Shown one piece after another: positions 7,246 to 16,042 of a DNA stretch of 19,147 nucleotides. The position numbers and the translations under genes were made by a program. The notes beneath the pieces are model-generated. The model was not told the DNA's origin. It did not search any database and saw nothing but the letters and a program-made list of their open reading frames with translations. Origin of the DNA: a virus. Within the stretch, counting starts at the first letter, position 1. Each line of letters begins with the position of its first letter. Location: the UHGV virus genome UHGV-0126495; one strand, 5' to 3'.

Positions 7246-7479
7246 ATGAGCCGAAAACACTGGACACACAGAATGCCGCGAACGGAGGCGAAATGGGCAC
7301 TGGTAGCGATACTGGTGCCTTTTTTATTGGTGGGGTGCGTTAGCCTGGATAAGGCGCGTCAGCTTTTCGATACCGCGTCTCAGGTCTGCCAGATTATTGA
7401 TGGCGTTCGGCGGTGTTCGCAGAACTGCTCACCAACATTACAGCAGCCCTTCAGCCGAGGGGCTGCAATAATGCTTTAG
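7246..7479 (+). CDS. putative small lipoprotein (possible o-spanin-like lysis component)
   Basis: ATG at 7246 preceded by GGTGGTGA. Signal peptide with lipobox LLVG-C, mature part about 46 aa with four Cys. Lies in the +1 frame relative to the upstream 28-codon TM ORF. Confidence 0.4.
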   Translation: MSRKHWTHRMPRTEAKWALVAILVPFLLVGCVSLDKARQLFDTASQVCQIIDGVRRCSQNCSPTLQQPFSRGAAIML

Positions 7480-7682
7480 TTGTCTTTCATAAATCCTTTA
7501 ATGACCCATCCCACAAGCCTGGTGATGCTGTACACCAACAAGGCAATTATCAGAGATACAAGGATATCAAACAGTGAGAATCCTTGCGTATCCGTTGTTG
7601 AAAATAAAAGACTAAAGATGAACACCAGAATGGCCAACAGAATACCTACCCGGTGAAAGCCTTTAGAAATCATGTTTTTCAT
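7476..7682 (-). CDS. hypothetical small two-TM membrane protein (68 aa) at the bor-equivalent position
   Basis: Minus-strand ORF with GGAGG 4 nt upstream of its ATG and a candidate extended -10 promoter (TGtTAAAAT) further upstream. Two hydrophobic helices, no lipobox. Converges on and overlaps the 7246..7479 ORF by 4 nt. Confidence 0.5.
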   Translation of the reverse strand: MKNMISKGFHRVGILLAILVFIFSLLFSTTDTQGFSLFDILVSLIIALLVYSITRLVGWVIKGFMKDN

Positions 7683-7742
7683 TTGTCCTCCATATTTGTT
7701 TTTTAAAGGGTGGGCATTTTAACATCAGAAGGATGAAATTCT

Positions 7743-8093
7743 ATGCCATCACGAATCCCACGTGCCTGCCGTAAGCGTGGATGCGCAGGTACAACCACAG
7801 ACAATTCTGGTTACTGCGATAAACATCGTGGTGAAGGATGGGCACAGCATCAGCGCGGACTGAGCCGCCACCAGCGTGGATATGGCTCGAAATGGGATGC
7901 CATACGGGTGCGCATACTGAAGCGTGATAATCATCTGTGTCAGAACTGCCTGCGCAATGGGATAGCCGTTGAAGCCAGAACTGTGGACCACATCATTCCG
8001 AAAGCTCATGGTGGCACGGATGCAGACAGTAACCTGCAGAGTCTGTGCTGGCCCTGCCATAAAGCAAAAACTGCGCGCGAACGTATCAACTGA
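7743..8093 (+). CDS. HNH endonuclease (packaging-associated)
   Basis: 116-aa ORF with Cys pairs (CRKRGC...YCDKH; CQNC...CWPCH) and H-N-H residues (DHIIPKAHGG...N); located just upstream of the terminase genes as in HK97-like phages. Confidence 0.88.
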   Translation: MPSRIPRACRKRGCAGTTTDNSGYCDKHRGEGWAQHQRGLSRHQRGYGSKWDAIRVRILKRDNHLCQNCLRNGIAVEARTVDHIIPKAHGGTDADSNLQSLCWPCHKAKTARERIN

Positions 8094-8240
8094 TAATTGT
8101 TCTCACCTGTAGGGGAGGGGCGGGTCAAATCTCTGCAACCCTGGCTGCTCAGTACCGCCGCCTGACCTTTCCTCGCATCGCCGCAGGTTCGAAAACTTTT
8201 TTTTGGAATGTGATTAAATGATTGATAGGTAAAACCGATT
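8094..8240. other. putative cos (cohesive-end) packaging region
   Basis: Non-coding GC-rich segment (GGGGAGGGGCGGG, CCGCCGCCTGACC) between HNH and TerS, where HK97-like phages carry cos. The exact cut site cannot be determined from sequence. Confidence 0.3.
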
Positions 8241-8723
8241 ATGTCTGGACCCCCGAAAACCCCGCCACGCCTGCATTTGATACGAGGTAACCCCTCAAAG
8301 CGGCCAGTTAAAGACCCCAAAAAAACCGCTAAAAAGGATGAAAAAGGTCTCCCTAAAATTCCGCAACATTTAGGGGCGCAGGGGAAGTACTGGTTCAGGC
8401 GAATGGCGGAAGAGCTGAATGCGGAAGGGATCATTTCTCAGCTTGATGCGCGTGCACTCGAGTTACTGGTGGAAGCCTACATCGAATACCGGCATCACTG
8501 CGAAACACTCGATGTTGAGGGGTATACCTACCGCACGGAAACGCAGAATGGCGATGTGATGATCAAGGCACATCCGGCTGCGGCGATGAAAGCGGATGCC
8601 TGGAAGCGGATTCGGGCGATGCTTGCAGAGTTTGGTATGTCACCGGCAAGCCGGGCGAAAGTAAATATCGCCGGACCGGATGATGTTGATCCGCTGGCAG
8701 AGCTTTTAAAAGCGAGAGACTGA
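8241..8723 (+). CDS. terminase small subunit (P27-family type)
   Basis: 160-aa ORF directly upstream of and overlapping TerL (ATGA at 8723); basic N-terminus; resembles P27-family small terminase subunits from memory. Confidence 0.8.
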   Translation: MSGPPKTPPRLHLIRGNPSKRPVKDPKKTAKKDEKGLPKIPQHLGAQGKYWFRRMAEELNAEGIISQLDARALELLVEAYIEYRHHCETLDVEGYTYRTETQNGDVMIKAHPAAAMKADAWKRIRAMLAEFGMSPASRAKVNIAGPDDVDPLAELLKARD

Positions 8724-10480
8724 TGGCAAAAGTGGCTGACGGGATCCGCTACGCCGAACGTGTTGTTGCAGGAGAAATTGTTGCTGGCGAATTTGTCCGT
8801 CTGGCCTGCCAGCGTTTTCTTGATGATCTGAAGTACGGCGAAGAGCGGGGGATTTATTTCAGTGAACCCCGTGCGCAGCACATCCTGAATTTCTATAAAT
8901 TTGTGCCCCATGTGAAAGGGGCGCTGGCAGGCCAGCCCATTGAGTTGATGGACTGGCATGTTTTTATCCTCATTAATATTTTTGGTTTTGTCATTCCGCT
9001 GGTGAATGAAGAGACCGGGGAAGTTGTCATGCGCAGCGATGGCAGCGGACGCCCGGTGATGGTGCGCCGGTTCCGGACAGCGTACAACGAAGTCGCCCGT
9101 AAAAACGCAAAATCAACCCTGTCATCGGGTATCGGTCTGTATATGACGGGGGCAGATGGTGAAGGCGGGGCTGAGGTGTATTCAGCCGCAACCACGCGTG
9201 ACCAGGCCAGAATCGTGTTTGAAGACGCCAAAAATATGGTCAGAAAAGCCCGGTCGACACTCGGGCGATTGTTTGATTTCAACAAGCTGGCGATTTACCA
9301 GGAGCAGAGCGCATCAAAATTTGAACCGCTTTCCTCGGATGCAAACAACCTGGACGGTCTGAACATCCACTGCGCCATTATTGATGAGCTGCATGCACAT
9401 AAAACCCGCGACGTGTGGGACGTTCTGGAAACGGCAACCGGTGCTCGTCTGCAGTCCCTGTTATTTGGTATCACCACGGCTGGCTTTAACAAGGAAGGGA
9501 TTTGTTACGAGCAACGCGATTACGCCATCAAGGTATTGCGTGGCTATAACAGCGACGTGGAGGGCGCGGTAAAAGACGACTCCTACTTTGCGATTATTTA
9601 CACCCTCGATGAGGGAGATGATCCGTTTGATGAAACGGTCTGGCAGAAAGCGAATCCCGGACTGGGCATCTGTAAACGCTGGGATGATCTGCGTCGTCTG
9701 GCGAAAAAAGCGAAAGAACAGGTCTCTGCGCGGGTGAATTTTTTTACCAAACACATGAATGTGTGGGTAACAGCAGAGTCTGCCTGGATGGACATGATTA
9801 AGTGGGAGAAGTGCGAATACATTGCCCCACGACATGAGCTGAAAACGTATCCCATGTGGGTCGGCGTTGACCTTGCTCATAAGATTGATATCTGTGCGGC
9901 GGCAAAACTCTGGCGAACGGATAACGGGCATGTTCATGCCGATTTTAAATTCTGGCTTCCGGAAGGACGGCTGGAACGATGCTCGCGGCAGCAGGCAGAA
10001 CTTTACCGGAAGTGGGCGGAGATGGATAAGCTCATCCTGACGGATGGTGATGTTATCGATCATGCTCAGATAAAAAGTGACTTACTGGAATGGATTGGCG
10101 GTGAAAACCTCAGGGAACTGGGATTTGACCCGTGGAGTGCAATGCAGTTCAGTCTGGCTCTGGCTGAAGAAGGGATATCGCTGGTGGAAGTTCCGCAGAC
10201 GGTCCGCAATCTGTCAGAGGCCATGAAGGAAACGGAATCACTGGTCTATGCCGGGCGTTTCCATCACAGCAATCACCCGGTCATGAACTGGATGATGTCT
10301 AACGTTACGGTAAAACCGGACAAAAACGACAATATCTTCCCGAACAAATCCACGCCTGAAGCCAAAATCGACGGCCCTGTTGCGATGTTTACAGCAATGA
10401 GCCGGATGCTGGTCAATGGCGGTGAACCGGAGCCGGATCTGTCTGAACACCTGATTAGTGTTGGTATCCGCTCGCTTTAA
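8723..10480 (+). CDS. terminase large subunit
   Basis: 585-aa ORF with size, position and sequence character of a large terminase (N-terminal ATPase, C-terminal nuclease); coupled to TerS. Confidence 0.93.
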   Translation: MAKVADGIRYAERVVAGEIVAGEFVRLACQRFLDDLKYGEERGIYFSEPRAQHILNFYKFVPHVKGALAGQPIELMDWHVFILINIFGFVIPLVNEETGEVVMRSDGSGRPVMVRRFRTAYNEVARKNAKSTLSSGIGLYMTGADGEGGAEVYSAATTRDQARIVFEDAKNMVRKARSTLGRLFDFNKLAIYQEQSASKFEPLSSDANNLDGLNIHCAIIDELHAHKTRDVWDVLETATGARLQSLLFGITTAGFNKEGICYEQRDYAIKVLRGYNSDVEGAVKDDSYFAIIYTLDEGDDPFDETVWQKANPGLGICKRWDDLRRLAKKAKEQVSARVNFFTKHMNVWVTAESAWMDMIKWEKCEYIAPRHELKTYPMWVGVDLAHKIDICAAAKLWRTDNGHVHADFKFWLPEGRLERCSRQQAELYRKWAEMDKLILTDGDVIDHAQIKSDLLEWIGGENLRELGFDPWSAMQFSLALAEEGISLVEVPQTVRNLSEAMKETESLVYAGRFHHSNHPVMNWMMSNVTVKPDKNDNIFPNKSTPEAKIDGPVAMFTAMSRMLVNGGEPEPDLSEHLISVGIRSL

Positions 10481-10491
10481 CCGAGGGCATT

Positions 10492-10674
10492 ATGTTTCTG
10501 ATAATTCTCACGCCACTGGTGGGCGTGCTGGGGGCGCTTTTGCTGTCGTATGGCACATGGATGATTTATCCCCCGGCAGGTTTTGTTGTTGCCGGGGCGC
10601 TGTGTCTGTGCTGGTCGTGGCTGGTTGCGCGTTATCTCGATCGCGGTCACCGGGTCGCCTCCGGAGGTGAGTAA
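10492..10674 (+). CDS. hypothetical small two-TM membrane protein (60 aa)
   Basis: ATG at 10492 with GAGGG upstream; its TAA overlaps the portal ATG (TAATG at 10672-10676) and its 3' end carries the portal ribosome-binding site GGAGGTGA. Two hydrophobic helices. Confidence 0.45.
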   Translation: MFLIILTPLVGVLGALLLSYGTWMIYPPAGFVVAGALCLCWSWLVARYLDRGHRVASGGE

Positions 10675-11915
10675 TGTTTTTCCAGGGGCTTTTTCAACGC
10701 AAAAATAACACCCCCGTCACAACGCCCGGGATGCTTGCGGAAGAACTTGGATTGTCATACGACACCTATACCGGAAAGCGGATCAGCAGCCAGCGGGCCA
10801 TGCGGCTGACGGCGGTCTATTCCTGCGTCAGGGTGCTGGCGGAGTCTGTTGGTATGCTGCCCTGCAGCCTCTACAAAATCACCGGTACCCTTAAAACACG
10901 GGCGGTGGATGAACGACTGCATAAGCTGGTTTCGGCAAAACCTAATGGCTACATGACGCCGCAGGAATTCTGGGAGCTGGTCATTGTCTGCCTGTGTCTG
11001 CGGGGTAATTTTTACGCCTACAAGGTAAAGGCACTGGGGGAAGTGGTGGAGCTTCTTCCGATAGATCCGGGCTGTGTGGAACCGAAGCTGAACAGCCAGT
11101 GGCAGCCGGTTTATCAGGTGACGTTTCCGGATGGTTCCGTGGATGTGCTGACCCAGAATGAAATCTGGCATGTGCGCACTCTGACGCTGGATGGACTTGT
11201 CGGGCTGAATCCCATTGCGTATGCGCGTGAGGCCATTTCACTGGCAGCGGCAACTGAGGAGCACGGCGCCAGGTTGTTTGGTAACGGCGCTGTGACATCC
11301 GGTGTGTTGCGTACGGATCAACAACTTTCTGATCAGGCTTATGCGCGTATCAAAAAGGACTTTGAGGAACGGCATGTCGGGCTGGGAAATTCTCATCGTC
11401 CGATGATTCTGGAAATGGGGCTGGACTGGAAAACGGTGGCACTGAATGCCGAGGACAGCCAGTTCCTGGAAACCCGCAAGTTTCAGCTGGAAGAAATCTG
11501 TCGCCTGTTCCGCGTACCGCTGCATATGGTGCAGAACACCGATCGCGCCACCTTCAACAATATTGAAGAGCTGGGGCTTGGTTTCATTAACTATTCCCTT
11601 GTGCCGTATCTGACCCGTATTGAACAGCGGATCAATACAGGGCTGGTCAGGGAGAGCAAACAGGGGAGGTTTTACGCCAAATTTAATGCCGGAGCATTGT
11701 TGCGTGGCGACATGAAATCCCGCTTTGAAGCGTATGCCACGGGGATCAACTGGGGGATTTATTCCCCTAATGACTGCCGTGATCTGGAGGATATGAATCC
11801 CCGACCGGGCGGTGATGTGTATCTGACACCGATGAACATGACCACCAGTCCCTCTGCTGGCGATGACAACGGTAAGAAAAAGGAGAGTGGAGATGCAGAC
11901 AAAACAGCGTCTTGA
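10674..11915 (+). CDS. portal protein (HK97 family)
   Basis: 413-aa ORF following the terminase; sequence character of HK97-type portal proteins; acidic, Lys-rich C-terminus. Confidence 0.93.
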   Translation: MFFQGLFQRKNNTPVTTPGMLAEELGLSYDTYTGKRISSQRAMRLTAVYSCVRVLAESVGMLPCSLYKITGTLKTRAVDERLHKLVSAKPNGYMTPQEFWELVIVCLCLRGNFYAYKVKALGEVVELLPIDPGCVEPKLNSQWQPVYQVTFPDGSVDVLTQNEIWHVRTLTLDGLVGLNPIAYAREAISLAAATEEHGARLFGNGAVTSGVLRTDQQLSDQAYARIKKDFEERHVGLGNSHRPMILEMGLDWKTVALNAEDSQFLETRKFQLEEICRLFRVPLHMVQNTDRATFNNIEELGLGFINYSLVPYLTRIEQRINTGLVRESKQGRFYAKFNAGALLRGDMKSRFEAYATGINWGIYSPNDCRDLEDMNPRPGGDVYLTPMNMTTSPSAGDDNGKKKESGDADKTAS

Positions 11916-12543
11916 TATACCGCTGAACCTGAAATCCGTCAGTGATTCCGGGGAATTTGAAGGTTACGGTTCTGTTTTTGGTGTTAAGGACAGCCACGAT
12001 GATGTGGTGGTCCCCGGTGCCTTTACCACAACACTCCAGAAATGGAGCGAAAAAAAGGCGCTGCCTGCGTTGCTCTGGCAGCACCGCATGGATGAGCCCA
12101 TCGGTGTGTACACCGAAATGAAAGAAGATGATGTCGGGCTTTATGTCAGGGGGCGATTACTCGTTGATGATGATCCCCTGGCAAAACGTGCACATGCCCA
12201 TATGAAGGCCGGTTCTTTAACCGGTCTTTCTATTGGCTACATCCTGAAAGACTGGGAGTACGACCGTGAAAAAGGGGTATTCCTGCTGAAAGAGATCGAC
12301 CTGTGGGAGGTCAGTCTGGTGACGTTTCCTTCCAATGATGAGGCACGCATCAGCGATGTGAAAAATGCGCTGGCGCGTGGGGAGATCCCTGATCAGAAAA
12401 TCATTGAGCGGGTCCTGCGCGATGTTGGACTCTCGCGAACCCAGGCCAAAGCATTCATGGCCGGGGGATATGGCGCTTTATCCCTGCGTGATGCTGAGGA
12501 TGTGGATGCCGCACTGAATGCACTGAAAAATCTTAAATTTTAA
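11893..12543 (+). CDS. prohead maturation protease (HK97 family)
   Basis: ATG at 11893 preceded by AGGAGA (listed longer start 11863 lacks a ribosome-binding site); overlaps the portal 3' end. Lies between portal and major capsid as in HK97. Confidence 0.88.
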   Translation: MQTKQRLDIPLNLKSVSDSGEFEGYGSVFGVKDSHDDVVVPGAFTTTLQKWSEKKALPALLWQHRMDEPIGVYTEMKEDDVGLYVRGRLLVDDDPLAKRAHAHMKAGSLTGLSIGYILKDWEYDREKGVFLLKEIDLWEVSLVTFPSNDEARISDVKNALARGEIPDQKIIERVLRDVGLSRTQAKAFMAGGYGALSLRDAEDVDAALNALKNLKF

Positions 12544-12557
12544 CCAGGAGAAAAATA

Positions 12558-13781
12558 ATGGCTGACATTAAAGATGTGGAGCAGGTCGCGCAGGAGCTGC
12601 AGCAGAAGTTTGACGATTTTAAGGCAAAAAACGACAAGCGCATTGACGCGATCGAACAGGAAAAAAGCAAGCTGGCCGAACAGGTGGAAAGCCTGAACGG
12701 GCAAATCAGCGAGCTGGAGAACCTGAAAAGCGACCTGGAAAAAGAGCTGGCAGACATCAAGCGTCCGGCAGGCGGCACGCAAAATAAAGTTGCCGGTGAA
12801 CACAAAGAAGCGTTTATCGGATTTATGCGCAAGGGGCGTGAAGACGGTCTGCGTGAACTTGAACGTAAGGCGCTTCAGGTAGGTAATGATGAAGATGGTG
12901 GTTATGCCATTCCGGAAGAACTGGATCGTACCATCCTGACGCTGCTGAAAGATGAGGTGGTGATGCGCCAGGAAGCCACTGTGATCACCCTCGGTGGCTC
13001 GGATTATAAAAAACTGGTGAATCTGGGCGGCACTAAGTCCGGATGGGTGGGGGAAACGGATACGCGTCCGGAAACCGCCACCTCAAAACTGGGGCTGATT
13101 GAACCCTTTATGGGGGAAATCTACGGCAACCCGCAGGCTACCCAGAAAATGCTCGATGATGCTTTCTTCAATGTGGAAGACTGGATCAACAGTGAACTGG
13201 CGCTGGAATTTGCCGAACAGGAAGAAATTGCCTTTACCAGTGGCGACGGCAGCAAAAAACCAAAAGGTTTTCTGGCTTATGAGTCCACCGATGAAGATGA
13301 CAAGACCCGTGCGTTTGGCAAACTTCAGCACATTGCTTCCGGCGCGGCTTCTGGCGTGACCGCTGATGCGATCATTAAACTGATTTACACCCTGCGCAAG
13401 GCGCACCGCAGCGGCGCGAAGTTCATGATGAACAACAGCAGCCTGTTTGCCATTCGCCTGCTGAAGGATAACGACGGAAATTATCTGTGGCGTCCGGGTA
13501 TTGAGCTGGGTCAGCCTTCTTCTCTGGCAGGGTATGGCATCGTTGAGAATGAGCAGATGCCGGATATTGCTGCCGATGCAAAAGCTATTGCGTTTGGTAA
13601 CTTCAAACGCGGCTATACCATTGTTGATCGTATCGGTACCCGTATCCTGCGTGACCCGTACACCAACAAACCGTTTGTGGGCTTTTATACCACCAAGCGA
13701 ACCGGCGGTATGCTGGTGGATTCTCAGGCGATTAAGCTGATGAAAATTGGGGCCGCAACCCGCCAGAAAGCCGCGGCGTAA
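12558..13781 (+). CDS. major capsid protein (HK97 fold, with N-terminal delta/scaffold domain)
   Basis: 407-aa ORF with GGAGA ribosome-binding site; N-terminal ~100 aa is coiled-coil-like (scaffolding delta domain); no separate scaffold gene. Confidence 0.93.
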   Translation: MADIKDVEQVAQELQQKFDDFKAKNDKRIDAIEQEKSKLAEQVESLNGQISELENLKSDLEKELADIKRPAGGTQNKVAGEHKEAFIGFMRKGREDGLRELERKALQVGNDEDGGYAIPEELDRTILTLLKDEVVMRQEATVITLGGSDYKKLVNLGGTKSGWVGETDTRPETATSKLGLIEPFMGEIYGNPQATQKMLDDAFFNVEDWINSELALEFAEQEEIAFTSGDGSKKPKGFLAYESTDEDDKTRAFGKLQHIASGAASGVTADAIIKLIYTLRKAHRSGAKFMMNNSSLFAIRLLKDNDGNYLWRPGIELGQPSSLAGYGIVENEQMPDIAADAKAIAFGNFKRGYTIVDRIGTRILRDPYTNKPFVGFYTTKRTGGMLVDSQAIKLMKIGAATRQKAAA

Positions 13782-13825
13782 TGCGGTTTTTTATGCCCGC
13801 ACAGTGTTGCGGGCAGGAGTTTCTG

Positions 13826-14143
13826 ATGGCAGCAATAGTGGAAAAACTCAGGGCGCAGTGCCGTATTGATACAGATGATGCAACTGATGATGAGTTACTG
13901 ATGCTGTATTTCCGGGCTGCCTGCCGCAAGGCAGAAAATTTTATCAACCGTAAGCTTTATGAGGAGACGGTGCCGGAAGGTGATCCTGACGGGGTGCTTA
14001 TAGCTGATGATGTTTTGCTGGCGCTCATGTTGCTGGTCGGACACTGGTACGAAAACCGGGAAAATTCCTCAGATGTCAGCAAGGCACCAGTCCCGTTTGG
14101 TTTTTCTTCTCTGCTGGAGCCTTATCGTTTTATTCCTTTGTAG
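13826..14143 (+). CDS. head-tail connector protein (gp6-like)
   Basis: ATG at 13826 preceded by CAGGAG; listed longer start 13781 would read through a hairpin. Small acidic protein immediately after the capsid gene. Confidence 0.72.
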   Translation: MAAIVEKLRAQCRIDTDDATDDELLMLYFRAACRKAENFINRKLYEETVPEGDPDGVLIADDVLLALMLLVGHWYENRENSSDVSKAPVPFGFSSLLEPYRFIPL

Positions 14144-14151
14144 GAGGAACC

Positions 14152-14490
14152 ATGCAGGCGGGCAGATTACGTGATCGCGTAACTATTCTGAATGTCACCA
14201 CCGCCCGCTCTCCGTCAGGGCATCCGGTGGAGACGGTGACGGAGGGAGCTACCGTATGGGCAGAAGTTAAGGGTATCAGCGGGAGGGAGATAATCTCAGG
14301 CGGAGCAGAAACCGCTCAGGCTACAGTCAGAGTCTGGATGAGATTCCGGCGCGATGTGACAGCGACTTCACGTCTGAAAGTGCTGACCGGTGCATTTAAA
14401 GGGGCCACTCTTGGTATAGAAGGGCCACCAATACCGGATGCACGCGCCACCCGGCTTGAAATACTCTGCAGCCTGAAGGGGAATGTGTGA
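14152..14490 (+). CDS. head-tail adaptor / head closure protein
   Basis: 112-aa ORF with AGGAGG ribosome-binding site; N-terminus MQAGRLRDRVTI... resembles phage head-tail joining proteins from memory. Confidence 0.78.
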   Translation: MQAGRLRDRVTILNVTTARSPSGHPVETVTEGATVWAEVKGISGREIISGGAETAQATVRVWMRFRRDVTATSRLKVLTGAFKGATLGIEGPPIPDARATRLEILCSLKGNV

Positions 14491-14936
14491 TGGATTTCAG
14501 TCTTGATTTTTCCGGCCTGGCGGATATTGCACGGGATCTGGAGACGCTCAGCAGGGCAGAAAACAATAAGGTTCTGCGCGATGCCACCCGTGCCGGTGCT
14601 GAAATTATGCGGGATGCAGTTGTTGAACGTGCGCCGGAGCGAACCGGGAAACTGAAGAAAAATGTGGTTGTTCTCACGCAGCGTTCAAAACGTCGGGGGG
14701 AAATTATCTCGGGTGTCCACATTCGCGGACGGAACCTGCGAACCGGAAACAGTGATAACAGCATGAAAGCCAGCGATCCCCGAAATGCGTTTTACTGGCG
14801 CTTTGTGGAGCTGGGAACGATAAACATGCCCGCGCATCCATTCATTCGCCCGGCTTTCGATACGACAGAGGAGCTGGCGGCGCAGGTTGCCATACAGCGA
14901 ATGAATCAGGCTATTGATGAGGTCTTAAGTAAATGA
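14490..14936 (+). CDS. tail component, HK97 gp10-like
   Basis: ATG at 14490 overlapping the previous TGA, with GAAGGGGA upstream (listed GTG start 14487). Position and sequence character of the HK97 gp10 family. Confidence 0.75.
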   Translation: MDFSLDFSGLADIARDLETLSRAENNKVLRDATRAGAEIMRDAVVERAPERTGKLKKNVVVLTQRSKRRGEIISGVHIRGRNLRTGNSDNSMKASDPRNAFYWRFVELGTINMPAHPFIRPAFDTTEELAAQVAIQRMNQAIDEVLSK

Positions 14937-15277
14937 GGGAAGCCACACTGTATTCCCTGCTGTCTCAGTTGGCCGGAGGACAGGTTTATCCTTATGTGGT
15001 CCCGCTGACGGAGGGAAAGCCTGCGGTATCTCCGCCGTGGCTGGTGTTTTCTGTGGTGTCTGACACGGCGTCTGATGTGCTTGATGGTCAGGCTGAATCC
15101 AGAATTACCGTGCAGATCGATGTCTGGGCAACGGTGCCTGATGACGCAGATGATATCCGAGAACAGGCGCTTGATGCGTTAAGGCAACTTGTACCCTCCG
15201 TTATTTCTAAAACGCAGGGGTATGATCCTGATTCCCGTCTGAGCAGAGCCACGCTTGAATTTCAGGTAATAGCCTGA
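14933..15277 (+). CDS. tail completion / tail terminator-like protein
   Basis: 114-aa ORF coupled to the previous gene by an ATGA overlap and sitting directly before the major tail gene. Family assignment is by position only. Confidence 0.6.
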   Translation: MREATLYSLLSQLAGGQVYPYVVPLTEGKPAVSPPWLVFSVVSDTASDVLDGQAESRITVQIDVWATVPDDADDIREQALDALRQLVPSVISKTQGYDPDSRLSRATLEFQVIA

Positions 15278-15298
15278 GGTCGTTAATGATTTTACCCA

Positions 15299-15320
15299 CC
15301 CGCCGCTGGCGGGTTTTTTT
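15299..15320 (+). terminator. intrinsic terminator/attenuator upstream of the major tail gene
   Basis: CCCGCC-gct-GGCGGG hairpin followed by seven T, then the AGGAGA site and ATG of the major tail gene. Confidence 0.55.
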
Positions 15321-15337
15321 ATTTTCAGGAGACGAGT

Positions 15338-16042
15338 ATGTCCTCTAATTTTGAGCGTTCGCAACTGACGAAAATTATGATTTCGTCTGCACCAGTAACA
15401 GCAGAAACCCTGGATGCTGCCAGCTTTCTTGGGCTGAGCTGTACAATCAAAGAAGTGCAGTTTACTGCAGGACAAAAGCAGGATATTGATGTCACCACGT
15501 TGTGCTCTGTTGAACAGGAAAATATTAACGGTCTTGGGGCTGCTTCAGAAATTTCCATGTCAGGAAACTTTTATCTCAATGCTGCCCAGAACGCGTTGCG
15601 CAGTGCCTATGACAATGACACCACGTATGGCTTTAAAGTTATTTTTCCGTCAGGCAACGGATTTACCTTTATGGCAGAGGTGCGTCAGCATACCTGGTCT
15701 GCAGGAACCAATGGTGTTGTGGCTGCAACGTTTTCCCTGCGTCTGAAAGGTAAACCAGTGCTGACGACAGAGCCGCTGAAAGTGAAGGTCGATTTAAACA
15801 GCACGCTGCAGGTTTCTGCCGGAGCGAAACTCGAAATGGTGGTTGAGGCTGCCGGTGGTGTGCCGCCTTATTCTTATGTCTGGAAGAAAGGTAGTTCTCC
15901 TGTTTCCGGACAGACGGCGGCAACGTTCAGTAAGGCATCAGCAGCATCCGGTGATGCCGGTGCGTATACCTGCGAGATTTCTGATTCAGCAAGCCCGGTT
16001 AACAAAGTGATCACCACTTCCTGCACTGTAACCGTCAGTTAA
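15338..16042 (+). CDS. major tail protein with C-terminal Ig-like domain
   Basis: 234-aa ORF with GGAGA ribosome-binding site; the C-terminal ~95 aa (about nt 15755-16039) has an Ig-like pattern (...GAYTCEISDSASP...). Confidence 0.85.
   Translation: MSSNFERSQLTKIMISSAPVTAETLDAASFLGLSCTIKEVQFTAGQKQDIDVTTLCSVEQENINGLGAASEISMSGNFYLNAAQNALRSAYDNDTTYGFKVIFPSGNGFTFMAEVRQHTWSAGTNGVVAATFSLRLKGKPVLTTEPLKVKVDLNSTLQVSAGAKLEMVVEAAGGVPPYSYVWKKGSSPVSGQTAATFSKASAASGDAGAYTCEISDSASPVNKVITTSCTVTVS

Noticed and set aside
8094-8240. tRNA-like GGTTCGAAA motif in the HNH-TerS intergenic region
   Set aside because: Only a T-loop-like fragment; no acceptor, D or anticodon stems can be built around it.
9461-10063. 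200-aa minus-strand ORF antisense to the large terminase gene
   Set aside because: Entirely embedded antisense in a well-supported conserved gene; no ribosome-binding site or promoter evidence. The same reasoning applies to other antisense or embedded ORFs in the track (for example 51..284, 119..385, 928..1317, 8006..8434, 8528..8959, 10755..11171, 12533..12832).
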